A stretch of 64,000 nt of DNA. Origin: Candidatus Heimdallarchaeum aukensis (GTDB lineage Archaea > Asgardarchaeota > Heimdallarchaeia > Heimdallarchaeales > Heimdallarchaeaceae). The translations under genes and the position numbers were made by a program. Every line of letters starts with the position of its first letter. Position 1 is the stretch's first letter. The stretch covers positions 224,001 to 288,000 of the forward strand of contig CP084166.1 of the NCBI GenBank assembly GCA_021513695.1. The letters run 5' to 3'. Of the stretch, positions 36,858 through 45,690 are shown in pieces. The notes under the pieces are model-generated. The model saw only the letters and a list, made by a program, of their open reading frames with translations. It searched no databases and had not been told where the DNA came from.

Positions 36858-37595
36858 TTGAGTAAAATGATATTAAGTCAAGTTGAAAACATCTTACAAT
36901 ATGAGCAACCAGATGAAATTTCTCCTGCTTTACCAAGAAATCATTATATTTTTATTGAAAAACTTATCAAATTCCTATCAAATTCAATCAACTATCCTTC
37001 ATTGTGTGAAACAAGAAGAGTTTTTTTCTCAAATCTTCTAGTAATTACTGCATTAAATAACGAAAGTAAGTATTTAACAAAGAATTTTCTTACCTCTGCT
37101 TTTTTAGCTTTATTACGTAATGTTTCAGGGCATATAGACGCTAAATCTCTCCAAGATTTGATAAACCAAATTTCAGGTACATTTATAGGAGTATCAAAAG
37201 GAAAGGCTTTTTCGTTATCAAGCGTAAATAAAATAACAAATGAATTAATAAATCTAGGTATAATCAAAAAGTCAACTGTAGATTTTTTTACTTATGTTGA
37301 AAAAGAGGCATTAAAGTTGGCAAAAAAAACTTGTTCTCATTTTGAAGAAATTAGAAATATGTCAAAAAGTGTTTCGATAAAGATCTCAAGTTTAGTAAAG
37401 AAAAGAATTGTTCCAAGGATGAAAGTTAAACAATCATCAACAGTCTTAGTTCTATCTATCTTATTTAATTATTTACCAAGAAAAGGATATTATAGAGATA
37501 ATGTGTTCAAATTTGTTAGTGAAAAACAAAAAGTGGATTTTCAATTATTAAAGAAAAGAGTGTATAGATTTAGATCAAAATTTAATATTTCGTAG
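36858..37595 (+). CDS. Hypothetical protein, member of the 'VYRFRS(R/K)' C-terminal HTH-like family (paralog of 44359..45690)
   Basis: 245 aa. C terminus 'YYRDNVFKFVSEKQKVDFQLLKKRVYRFRSKFNIS' aligns with 'RYRNNFWSLLSKEYAFEKEKMLKSVYRFRSRLKEV' of 44359..45690. A 'FLALL' block is also shared. Confidence 0.5.
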   Translation: MSKMILSQVENILQYEQPDEISPALPRNHYIFIEKLIKFLSNSINYPSLCETRRVFFSNLLVITALNNESKYLTKNFLTSAFLALLRNVSGHIDAKSLQDLINQISGTFIGVSKGKAFSLSSVNKITNELINLGIIKKSTVDFFTYVEKEALKLAKKTCSHFEEIRNMSKSVSIKISSLVKKRIVPRMKVKQSSTVLVLSILFNYLPRKGYYRDNVFKFVSEKQKVDFQLLKKRVYRFRSKFNIS

Positions 37596-37773
37596 CTTTT
37601 TAGTAACTCAAGTTTGCTTTCTTTTCTTCTCTAAGATTAAATACTCAAAACTCTATTATTTATTAACTCTGAAAAAGAGGAGAGTGTGAGTATAGTGTAA
37701 ATGTATTTTGCAGATATGGGTTTACACTACACTCTCCATACTAGTAGATTTTTTTTCATATTAAAATATTTTT

Positions 37774-37788
37774 TGTTTATCTCACGAC
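37774..37788. repeat. Left copy of the 15-bp target-site duplication 'TGTTTATCTCACGAC' of the IS481-like element
   Basis: The identical 15-mer recurs at 38800-38814, immediately outside the two inverted repeats. Confidence 0.55.
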
Positions 37789-38799
37789 TGTTTACTCTAT
37801 CCACGTTGGTAACAAATAAATAGAAAGTGGGTTACGAGGGTAAATGATGTATTATGAACAAACCCAAACGTAACCTAGAGAGACTAAGAAAGATTGTGGT
37901 TAAAAAAGCTTTGGAAGGAGAGAAGATAAAAGAGGTAGCTCACAGGTTTATGGTGAGTAGGAAGTTTGTTTACAAGTGGTTGAAGAGGTTCAGAGAGAAC
38001 CCTGAAGGAGAATGGTGGAAGAATAGATCATCTAGACCTAAAACTATACACAGGAAAGTGGATGAGGAGTTAAGAGAGAAGATAAGGGAGTTAAGAGTAA
38101 AGCAAGGAATGAACGTGGAGAAGATAGTTTATCTGTTGAAGAAAGAAGGAAGAGCATTATCGCGAAACACAGTAGTTAAAGTAATAGGAGAGTTAGGTCT
38201 TCCTCTGTGGAGTAATAGAAAAAAGAGAAACAGAACTCAATACAAGAGTTTTGAACGCTCTAGCCCTAACGAACTCTGGCAGATAGATGTGAAAGGACCA
38301 TTCTGGATAGAAGAACAAGGACAACACCTTTATCTCATAACCTTGATAGACGACCACTCACGATTCTGTCTGGGAGCTAAACTCCACCCTTTTGCACCGA
38401 AAAAAGAGCAGATAATAAGTTTGTTAGAAGGAGCAATAGAAAAATATGGACACCCCGAGTCTATCCTCACGGACAATGGAGCACTCTTCTACTCCGTTAG
38501 AGGAGGAACAAGTACCTTCTCCCGTTGGTGTCAAACAGAAGGAATAAAACACATCAGATCTAGAGTTTTTCACCCCGAAACATGCGGAAAAGTAGAAAGA
38601 CTACATGGAACCATCATCCGTGAGATGAAAAGACTAGGACTAACCTACTGTAACTCCGACCTCTCCTTCTACCGCTCTTACTACAATTTTAGCCGTCCTC
38701 ACCAGTCTCTTAACCTCCTTACCCCTGGAGAAAAATTTATGAATCACCCCTACGTTTCTCTAGTGCCCAAAAGTGTAACCCAGGTCTATTGAGTGAACA
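37789..38799 (+). mobile_element. IS481-family-like insertion sequence (single DDE transposase, 25-bp imperfect terminal IRs, 15-bp TSD)
   Basis: IRL 37789-37813 'TGTTTACTCTATCCACGTTGGTAAC' versus revcomp of 38775-38799 'TGTTCACTCAATAGACCTGGGTTAC' (18/25 match, both start TGTT). The transposase stop lies inside the IRR. Flanked by an identical 15-bp direct repeat. Confidence 0.7.
37854..38792 (+). CDS. DDE transposase with rve (integrase core) domain and N-terminal HTH, IS481-like
   Basis: 312 aa. N-terminal HTH ('VAHRFMVSRKFVYKWLKRF'). DDE triad candidates 'WQIDVKG', 'ILTDNGALF' and 'GKVERLHGT'. Confidence 0.85.
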   Translation: MNKPKRNLERLRKIVVKKALEGEKIKEVAHRFMVSRKFVYKWLKRFRENPEGEWWKNRSSRPKTIHRKVDEELREKIRELRVKQGMNVEKIVYLLKKEGRALSRNTVVKVIGELGLPLWSNRKKRNRTQYKSFERSSPNELWQIDVKGPFWIEEQGQHLYLITLIDDHSRFCLGAKLHPFAPKKEQIISLLEGAIEKYGHPESILTDNGALFYSVRGGTSTFSRWCQTEGIKHIRSRVFHPETCGKVERLHGTIIREMKRLGLTYCNSDLSFYRSYYNFSRPHQSLNLLTPGEKFMNHPYVSLVPKSVTQVY

Positions 38800-38814
38800 T
38801 GTTTATCTCACGAC
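38800..38814. repeat. Right copy of the 15-bp target-site duplication 'TGTTTATCTCACGAC'
   Basis: Exact match to 37774-37788. Confidence 0.55.
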
Positions 38815-38947
38815 CTTTAAAATATTTAAAAAATATTCTAATTAATCTATTATTATAAATATTTTAGTTTATATACTAGTTGTGAATTATATATCTTTTC
38901 TTTTATGTCGCTAAATCTCAATTTTTTAATGATTCTCTTCTTTATAA

Positions 38948-39349
38948 ATGAATTTCTATAATATTATAGTGATGATAGTGTCTAGTCAAAATCAACTAAT
39001 AAGTACAAGTTTGGAACAAGTACACAATAATAATTTTTTTGAAATATTTGGGGAACTAAGTGGTTTTATTCACAAAGAAATTTCTATTTCAAAGGAAGAT
39101 CTAGATAATCTTTTTTGTAAGGTAATGAGCATCTCTCAAACAACATCCTTGAACTTGATGCCCACTTTCTATTCTGCTTTGTTATTTGTATCTTCAATTT
39201 TGATTCATGAGTTAAAAGAAGAAAAAGCTGAAAAGCTATTAGATTTTATTATAGAAAAGTATAATTTGGACATTGATAAATTTAGCAATGATATATTGTT
39301 TTTGCGTGAATTAACAGGTTTAAAAGCTAAAATACAATTATTTGAGTAA
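38948..39349 (+). CDS. Hypothetical protein (133 aa)
   Basis: ORF track. N-terminal hydrophobic segment. No motif recognised. Confidence 0.35.
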   Translation: MNFYNIIVMIVSSQNQLISTSLEQVHNNNFFEIFGELSGFIHKEISISKEDLDNLFCKVMSISQTTSLNLMPTFYSALLFVSSILIHELKEEKAEKLLDFIIEKYNLDIDKFSNDILFLRELTGLKAKIQLFE

Positions 39350-39410
39350 CAAAATCCATTTTCTTTTTTTCTCTGTTTATAAACTGTTTATTTTATTATT
39401 AATTTGATAA

Positions 39411-41219
39411 ATGACAGATAATGGATATATCACTGGTTATGACAGAAAAAATAGAGAAAAATTTCCTATTTTCTTCCAAATTTTACTTTCTGAATGTTTT
39501 AAAGAAAATAATAATTCACTCCTTATTCTACCTGAAAATTTTATGGTAAATAGATTTGTTGAATATCTTTCCTTATTTCTTAGAACAAAAAACATTCAAA
39601 AAACTGCCTTTATTTTATCAGAACAAGGTGAAAAGATAAAATTTAACAATTTATTAACAGAAGAGAAACTCCCTTTTATATCTAGCACTTTAAATGTTGA
39701 AAGAAGAAAGATAAAGTATCAAACTAGTGATATTTTCTTTGTTACAGCTAAAATATTGAGAAACGATCTTTTAAGAGAAGTAATAGAAGCACACGAAATT
39801 GAATTGGCAATTTTTTTGCACGCTGATAAATCCAAAGAAGAAAATGTCTATTCTAACTTAGTACAGATTTTAAGTTCAAATTCAAAAATTAAGTTTGTTG
39901 GAATATCAAAACCTATTTTTAAAGAAAAACAAGAACTAATTTCTGTAATTGAAGCTCTAATGATAACAAATATATTCTACAAGTCATCGTATAGTTCTAT
40001 TATCCAAAGTTGTTTATATGAAAAGTCAAATAAGAAAATAGTTGTTCCTTTTACACAAGAGTTAAATCAAATCAAAGTTAACTTAAGAACTTTGGAAGGA
40101 AAAGTTAATTCAGTTTTAAGGAAGATGGGGATAAAAAATCCTTATTATTTGAGAAGAAATTTTAACAAGGAAATTCAAAATTTAAGAGATAAAAACTTTA
40201 ATGAGTCGACTGTTGAACAAATAATTAATCTTGGTATAGAAAGTATTTTTCTACAATCACTAATTGAAACTTTAGAATCTTCAAGTGTTCCTTTATGTTT
40301 AAAACTAATAGAAAACAACCTAGAAAAAATCTCTCACTACTCTTTCTCATCTTCACTGTTTGAAATATATACAGAACTTAAAGAATTGAAAGATGAAAAA
40401 CACCCGAAGATGGTAATTCTGGTTGAAGAAATATCCAAGGCTTTGAATACTCCTGTAAATAACTCTAATAAAGAAAAACCAACAGTTCTTGTATATTCTA
40501 GTCGCAGAGCAGTACTGCACGAGATAGCAGAAATTTTAATTAAGAAAGAAATAGAAAATTTTGTTATTTTGTCCACGCAGATGAAAAAGCAATTAGAAGA
40601 GTTAGAAAGATTCGATAAGAAGGAGTTTCAAATCGTTTTAGCATCTAAAAATATACCTCTAAATACAGATTTTACATTTTTGTATTCTCTCCCAAAGCAA
40701 AAAACTTTGTTTCGTGAACTAATTCAAAGACCTAATAGTAAGTGTATTATCACTCATAGGTCTATTGAAGAAAAAATATTCTATAAATGGAATGAGAGAA
40801 AAAATGGACAACTAATTAGAGAACTAGTTTCTGATAAGCAAGTAAAAGAAGCTTTGTTGTTCAATCAGCAACAGTTTTTTAATAAAAAGATGATGCAAAT
40901 GATTAATCCAAAAACCAAAGCTCTGATGACATTAAATAGATTTTTTGAGAAAAATAAGAAACAAAAAAAAGATTTAGAAAAAAGAGAATTGAAAGATAAT
41001 ATCTCTGAAAGTAGAGCACTTGATTTTTCCCTTATTCGCTTTCTTTCAGGGTGTTCTGAAGAAGAAGCACTGTTATTAACAGAAATAATTAATTTCTCAC
41101 AAATAAATGATTATGAAAAGTTAACTGTTAATGATTTAATTCCATCCTTTTCTGAAAATAGAGCCAGAGAGATTATTACCAAAATAAAGAATAGATCAAA
41201 GTTAATTTCAAAATTTTAA
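39411..41219 (+). CDS. Degenerate SF2-helicase-like protein (helicase_C-like C-terminal domain, catalytic motifs eroded)
   Basis: 602 aa. C-terminal 'KPTVLVYSSRRAVLHEIAEIL...FQIVLASKNIPLNTDFTFLYSLPKQ...ELIQRPNSK' parallels helicase motifs IV-VI ('vlVF...; vLvATdvaarGlD; QriGRtGR') with the key residues replaced. No intact GxGKT or DExH. Confidence 0.4.
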   Translation: MTDNGYITGYDRKNREKFPIFFQILLSECFKENNNSLLILPENFMVNRFVEYLSLFLRTKNIQKTAFILSEQGEKIKFNNLLTEEKLPFISSTLNVERRKIKYQTSDIFFVTAKILRNDLLREVIEAHEIELAIFLHADKSKEENVYSNLVQILSSNSKIKFVGISKPIFKEKQELISVIEALMITNIFYKSSYSSIIQSCLYEKSNKKIVVPFTQELNQIKVNLRTLEGKVNSVLRKMGIKNPYYLRRNFNKEIQNLRDKNFNESTVEQIINLGIESIFLQSLIETLESSSVPLCLKLIENNLEKISHYSFSSSLFEIYTELKELKDEKHPKMVILVEEISKALNTPVNNSNKEKPTVLVYSSRRAVLHEIAEILIKKEIENFVILSTQMKKQLEELERFDKKEFQIVLASKNIPLNTDFTFLYSLPKQKTLFRELIQRPNSKCIITHRSIEEKIFYKWNERKNGQLIRELVSDKQVKEALLFNQQQFFNKKMMQMINPKTKALMTLNRFFEKNKKQKKDLEKRELKDNISESRALDFSLIRFLSGCSEEEALLLTEIINFSQINDYEKLTVNDLIPSFSENRAREIITKIKNRSKLISKF

Positions 41220-41227
41220 CTTTTTAC

Positions 41228-41479
41228 TCACTGGAATTTCTTGTTTAGATACTTCTTTAATTTCGTGAATGTTTTACTTTCTTTATTTTCTCTATTCCAC
41301 TTTTGTATGATGTAGTCTCTAAACTCTTTAGGTAACCAATCAAATCTACTGTAAACTAGGCAATAGCCCTTTAACCTTTCATATTCACTAGTTTTTTCGA
41401 GTAGTTTAAGTGCTCTTAACAGATATCCTTTTGGTTGGTTTTCTAGAATATAAACTACTTTTTTTTCTGCTGTTACCAT
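41228..41479 (-). CDS. Small hypothetical protein (83 aa)
   Basis: ORF track only. Confidence 0.3.
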   Translation of the reverse strand: MVTAEKKVVYILENQPKGYLLRALKLLEKTSEYERLKGYCLVYSRFDWLPKEFRDYIIQKWNRENKESKTFTKLKKYLNKKFQ

Positions 41480-41577
41480 CTGAAAGACTAATTCAGAATT
41501 TTGTTTATAAACTTAGGATTATTTACAAAAATTTCCCCCTTTTTAAATAAATGAGTCAATTACTTTTTTAGATTGAA

Positions 41578-42669
41578 ATGACAACAGTTGAAGAGAAAGC
41601 AAAAATAGAAACGAGTACTAATCAATTGATGGAGTTTTTAGAAGAAGTTTCAGGTCTTTCTGCAGCACAAAAAAAGCGAGTTTACAAGACTCTCGTTGAT
41701 TTTGGGATAACTCACCCTTTAGCTTTTAAAAATCGAACAGTTAAAGAACTTACAAGAATAGATGGAATAAGTGAAAATGTAGCAGAAAAAATAGTTGAAC
41801 ACGCTAATCCTTCAAAAAAAGGTGAACTACTATTCAAGTCATTAGCTGAAGTAAAGAAAGAAGAAGATTCAACTATTATGATAAGTACTGGTTCAAAAAG
41901 ATTAGATGAATTACTAGGTGGAGGAATAAGTTTAGGAACTCTAGTAGAATTTTATGGTTCTCCCCAAAGTGGAAAAACCCAATTGTGTTATACAATTGCA
42001 GCAAATACTTTATTGGAAATTGGAGGAGTATTATGGTTAGATACAGAAGGAAGTTTTAGACCTTCAAGATTAGAACAAATATTATTTTATCTTGAAGAAA
42101 AAAAGAAAGAAAAAATAGATGAAAAGCAAAAAGAGAAAATAAATAGCCAATTTAATGTAGCTACAGTCAGAACTCTTGCACAATTAGAACTAGCTCTACA
42201 ACAAGTAGAAAAAGTAATCACTGCTTATGATGTGAAATTGTTAGTTGTAGATAGTCTAATGGATATTTTTAGAGCAGAGTATGGAGGACTAGGAGAATTG
42301 GCTGAAAGACAAAAACATCTAAATGTGGTTGTACACAAAATGATGAAACTAGCTGACGCATATAACATAGCTGTCGTATATACAAATCAAGTCATGGCTA
42401 ATCCAGATCCTTTTGCTACTGCTTTAGATAAAGTTCAGCCTGTAGGAGGTTTCGTTTTAGGTCATGCTAGTGATATACGCATCTGGTTACGAAGAGCCAC
42501 TTCAGCAACAAAAAAGAAATATGACGCTCCAAATGCAAGAAGGGCAATGATTACAGATTGTGGGTGGTTACCTATGGAAGAAACTATTTTCTCTATCGGA
42601 GCTTTTGGAATATGTGATGTTGAAGAAGAGAGTGAAATGAAAGAAGAAGCAAATATTGAAGAGAAATAA
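41578..42669 (+). CDS. radA: RadA/Rad51-family recombinase, divergent (N-terminal HhH domain plus RecA core with insertion and acidic C-terminal tail)
   Basis: 363 aa. HhH region 'KTLVDFGITHPLAFKNRTVKELTRIDGISENVAEKIVEHA'. Walker A 'FYGSPQSGKTQLC' (canonical archaeal RadA is GEFGSGKTQ). Walker B 'LLVVDSLM'. Lys/Glu-rich insert 'LEEKKKEKIDEKQKEKINSQ'. Acidic tail 'DVEEESEMKEEANIEEK'. Confidence 0.65.
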   Translation: MTTVEEKAKIETSTNQLMEFLEEVSGLSAAQKKRVYKTLVDFGITHPLAFKNRTVKELTRIDGISENVAEKIVEHANPSKKGELLFKSLAEVKKEEDSTIMISTGSKRLDELLGGGISLGTLVEFYGSPQSGKTQLCYTIAANTLLEIGGVLWLDTEGSFRPSRLEQILFYLEEKKKEKIDEKQKEKINSQFNVATVRTLAQLELALQQVEKVITAYDVKLLVVDSLMDIFRAEYGGLGELAERQKHLNVVVHKMMKLADAYNIAVVYTNQVMANPDPFATALDKVQPVGGFVLGHASDIRIWLRRATSATKKKYDAPNARRAMITDCGWLPMEETIFSIGAFGICDVEEESEMKEEANIEEK

Positions 42670-42752
42670 ATAATGTGCTGAAATAAAAACCTAATTTAAG
42701 GATTTAGACTTGATAATCTAATAAACTTTAAATATTTCAAACAAAGAATAGA

Positions 42753-43907
42753 TTGAGAATTGTGAATGAAGTAAGTTTAAGTAGTTTGATATTGTCAATA
42801 TTGTTGTTTATATTTAGTCTTACTCTCACTTATCAATCGATATTCAAGAAAAGGAAAACTTGGTTTTTTAATTTAGCTGTCTATCTAAGCTTTCTCTTAA
42901 CGCTTTCTGAAGTAGTTAGAAGTGCAGTTACTGGAAAAGACCTATCTTTAATTTTAATTACTATTGCTCTTATAATTTGGTCTTTAATCTATATCTTATT
43001 ATTCTTGTTCTTTCAACAGTTAGTTTCTAATACAATAAATCCTATTTTAACAATAGTAATCTTTCTTTTTTATTTTATTGAGATTGAATTTGGGATTCTG
43101 CAGTTCTTTGATTACCCTGGAATAATTAATTACCTTTATATCTTATTGTGGGATCTGGGTTATGACTCTCTTGGTTTTATCATTTTTATATATGGAGCGA
43201 TTGTTCATTTTCGTATTTTGAAAAGATCAAAAAATATAGAAGCAGGTATAATCACTTCTGCCTTAATTGTAATTGCTTTTGGTTTTGTTTGGGGATTCAC
43301 AATAGATTTTTTCATTTTTTTGGAGAATATTGGTGTTTTAGTAAGTAGTAATTTTTTATCTATTATTAAAAAGAGTCTGCTATCAGGAGATATCATAAAA
43401 GCACTAGGAATCCTCGTTTTTACAGGTGTATATGTATTTAGACCTAATTACATATTTAAACATCCGTTCAAGATAGATAGTCTAATAATTTATAACAGAA
43501 TAGGATTACCAATTTATGGTGCAAAATATACTAAATCAAATACAGAAGAAGAAAAAGAAATTACAGAGAAAAAATCTTATCATTTCGAACTTATCGGTGG
43601 AGCTATTAATGCTTTAAGTGAATTCATTATCACAACTGCAGGATCAAAGAAAAAACTAAATGAGATAAATACTGAAGATAAAATAATTAAAATAGTTTCA
43701 ACAGATCTTTGTTCCATAGTTGTTATGAGTGATAAAATCTCTTTTTTCCTAATTCAGAGTATGAAAAGGGTTGTTAATTTAATAACTAAAAAATATCCTA
43801 AAGAATTGGAAGAAAAACACTTGGAAGATGATATTTTTCCTGATATAAAGAAGATGATAAAAGACAGTTTTCCTTTTTTACCAAAACCTGTGTATGAATA
43901 CAGTTAG
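42753..43907 (+). CDS. Polytopic membrane protein with C-terminal cytoplasmic Roadblock/LC7-like domain
   Basis: 384 aa. About 7 TM helices in residues 1-240. The C-terminal 'IGLPIYGAKY...ELIGGAINALSEFIITTAG...KIIKIVSTDLCSIVVMSDKISFFLIQ' shares the 'GLP(I/L)Y...G..AI..F' pattern with the two TPR-Roadblock proteins. Confidence 0.45.
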   Translation: MRIVNEVSLSSLILSILLFIFSLTLTYQSIFKKRKTWFFNLAVYLSFLLTLSEVVRSAVTGKDLSLILITIALIIWSLIYILLFLFFQQLVSNTINPILTIVIFLFYFIEIEFGILQFFDYPGIINYLYILLWDLGYDSLGFIIFIYGAIVHFRILKRSKNIEAGIITSALIVIAFGFVWGFTIDFFIFLENIGVLVSSNFLSIIKKSLLSGDIIKALGILVFTGVYVFRPNYIFKHPFKIDSLIIYNRIGLPIYGAKYTKSNTEEEKEITEKKSYHFELIGGAINALSEFIITTAGSKKKLNEINTEDKIIKIVSTDLCSIVVMSDKISFFLIQSMKRVVNLITKKYPKELEEKHLEDDIFPDIKKMIKDSFPFLPKPVYEYS

Positions 43908-44358
43908 TAAGTAAAAAAAAATTTCTACATCAAAACAAAAAAAACAAAATTCATTGTTAATTTTTTCTCTTTTCGCAATGAAAATATTAAGTAAAAATTT
44001 TTTGTTCTTTAGAAGTCTATATTAATAATCTCAACAGAAAAAAACAGACAAAAATTTCTCACTTAAAAAAGTAAAAATGGAAAATATGATATTATTTGGC
44101 TTGGAAAATAGCAAATAGAAAATAACAACTCAAAAATTCTACTTAGACAGGCCCATTCTACTGATTGTTGACCACTATATAAATGCCCGTAAGACCACAA
44201 TATGCTTAATTTTGAGAATATAAGTGTTACAGCACTTAATATTAACTTATTTTGTTATTTCACGTTAAAAGCGATAATTGCAATATTACTGCAATGTGTA
44301 TAGTTATTTTTAATACAAATTACTCTTTAGTTTACTTGCAGATATGGGTGAAATGTAA

Positions 44359-45690
44359 ATGAGTATAAGTGTAAATGTAAGTGAAGCCTTTGGCAAAGTA
44401 ATCCAACCCACGTGGCTCACTGAAGACGAAGAAGATTTTGAAGCGGTGAGCCACAATTTCCAATCACCAGAAACTTATTATTCTTCTGTTTTATTGAGTG
44501 AACCTTTGGGATCATACATTAGTACATATGATGCCCAAAAAATATTATCAAAGGGATTAAGAAAAAATTCTTGGATAAAGGCTTATTATACAAATAAAGA
44601 ATTATTGAGAGAAAAATATATTTTAGATTTTGTAGATTTAATTGTAGCATCAATAGATGAAAATTTCAACTCATCAATTATTGAAGATGCAGTTTATTTG
44701 TTTAAGCTTAACCTTCCAAACTTTCTAGCTTCTTTTCAAGAAAACTATTTCACAAGTAACTTAGTAGCAATGTATTTCCTTGCATTGTTAGATCATAAAT
44801 TACAGCAAGTTGGAGGAAAATTAACAGCAAAAGACATCGAAATAATTTATTCTCTACCTAAAATTACGCCAAATGCTTTTTCTTTTTATAATATCAAAAA
44901 AATTCAAAATGACCTTTATTCGAGAGGAATATTAAAGAGAAAAAGGAGAACAGACTTTTATGAGCCATTGAGGGCGAGAATCAAGGATATATTAGGTTTA
45001 CTAGTAAAAAATTTTCCTGAATTAAATAAAAAGTTAGATGATTTGGAGCAAATTGTCTTTGATTTAATTAATATGCGTAAAGTACCAGGAACTAATTACA
45101 AAGATGCAGCAGTAATAATGATAATGAGTGTTGCAACTAATCTTTTTGAACTAAGGTATAGAAATAATTTCTGGTCACTTCTAAGTAAAGAATATGCATT
45201 TGAAAAAGAAAAAATGTTAAAATCTGTATATAGATTTAGAAGTAGGTTAAAGGAAGTAGAATTAAATAAACTAATTTTGAAATCCTACGCTCCAAAAAAA
45301 GAACAAGAAAAAGAAGAAAAGAAAGAAAAAACAATTTCTACTTTCGAAATAAAAAAAGCTATATACTTGTTTAGCGATAAAATAATGGATAAATTCTCAA
45401 GATTAGAGAAGGATCTACTAATAGTCGAACAGCAAGCCTATAGATTAATTGATAAAAATATTCATGCAAATTTGGATGTAGATAAATACACACTTCCTGT
45501 TCTTCTATTTCAAAGTCTTATCCCGAAATTAAACATCGCTGAATATGAGAAAGAGAGACTACTAGAATTTCTTAGCAAATTTATGAAAAAAAATGAACAG
45601 ATACTAAATCGTCTGAAGAAAAGAATAGAGTTAGAAGAAATTTCAAATAAGAAAAAAGAAAAAATGATTAAGGTGGGGGAGTTTGAGTAA
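44359..45690 (+). CDS. Hypothetical protein of the 'VYRFRSR' C-terminal HTH-like family; first gene of the 19-kb co-directional cluster
   Basis: 443 aa. Paralog of 36858..37595 (alignment given under that feature). Lys/Glu-rich coiled C-terminal tail. The start overlaps a DNA motif shared with the 37.7-kb locus. Confidence 0.5.
   Translation: MSISVNVSEAFGKVIQPTWLTEDEEDFEAVSHNFQSPETYYSSVLLSEPLGSYISTYDAQKILSKGLRKNSWIKAYYTNKELLREKYILDFVDLIVASIDENFNSSIIEDAVYLFKLNLPNFLASFQENYFTSNLVAMYFLALLDHKLQQVGGKLTAKDIEIIYSLPKITPNAFSFYNIKKIQNDLYSRGILKRKRRTDFYEPLRARIKDILGLLVKNFPELNKKLDDLEQIVFDLINMRKVPGTNYKDAAVIMIMSVATNLFELRYRNNFWSLLSKEYAFEKEKMLKSVYRFRSRLKEVELNKLILKSYAPKKEQEKEEKKEKTISTFEIKKAIYLFSDKIMDKFSRLEKDLLIVEQQAYRLIDKNIHANLDVDKYTLPVLLFQSLIPKLNIAEYEKERLLEFLSKFMKKNEQILNRLKKRIELEEISNKKKEKMIKVGEFE

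Noticed and set aside
37789-38799. Interpreting the 15-bp flanking repeat as an internal part of the IS rather than a TSD
   Set aside because: 25-bp inverted repeats starting TGTT lie immediately inside the direct repeats, which fits the IS481-like geometry (IR then TSD). It is still flagged for verification, because 15 bp is at the top of the usual TSD range.
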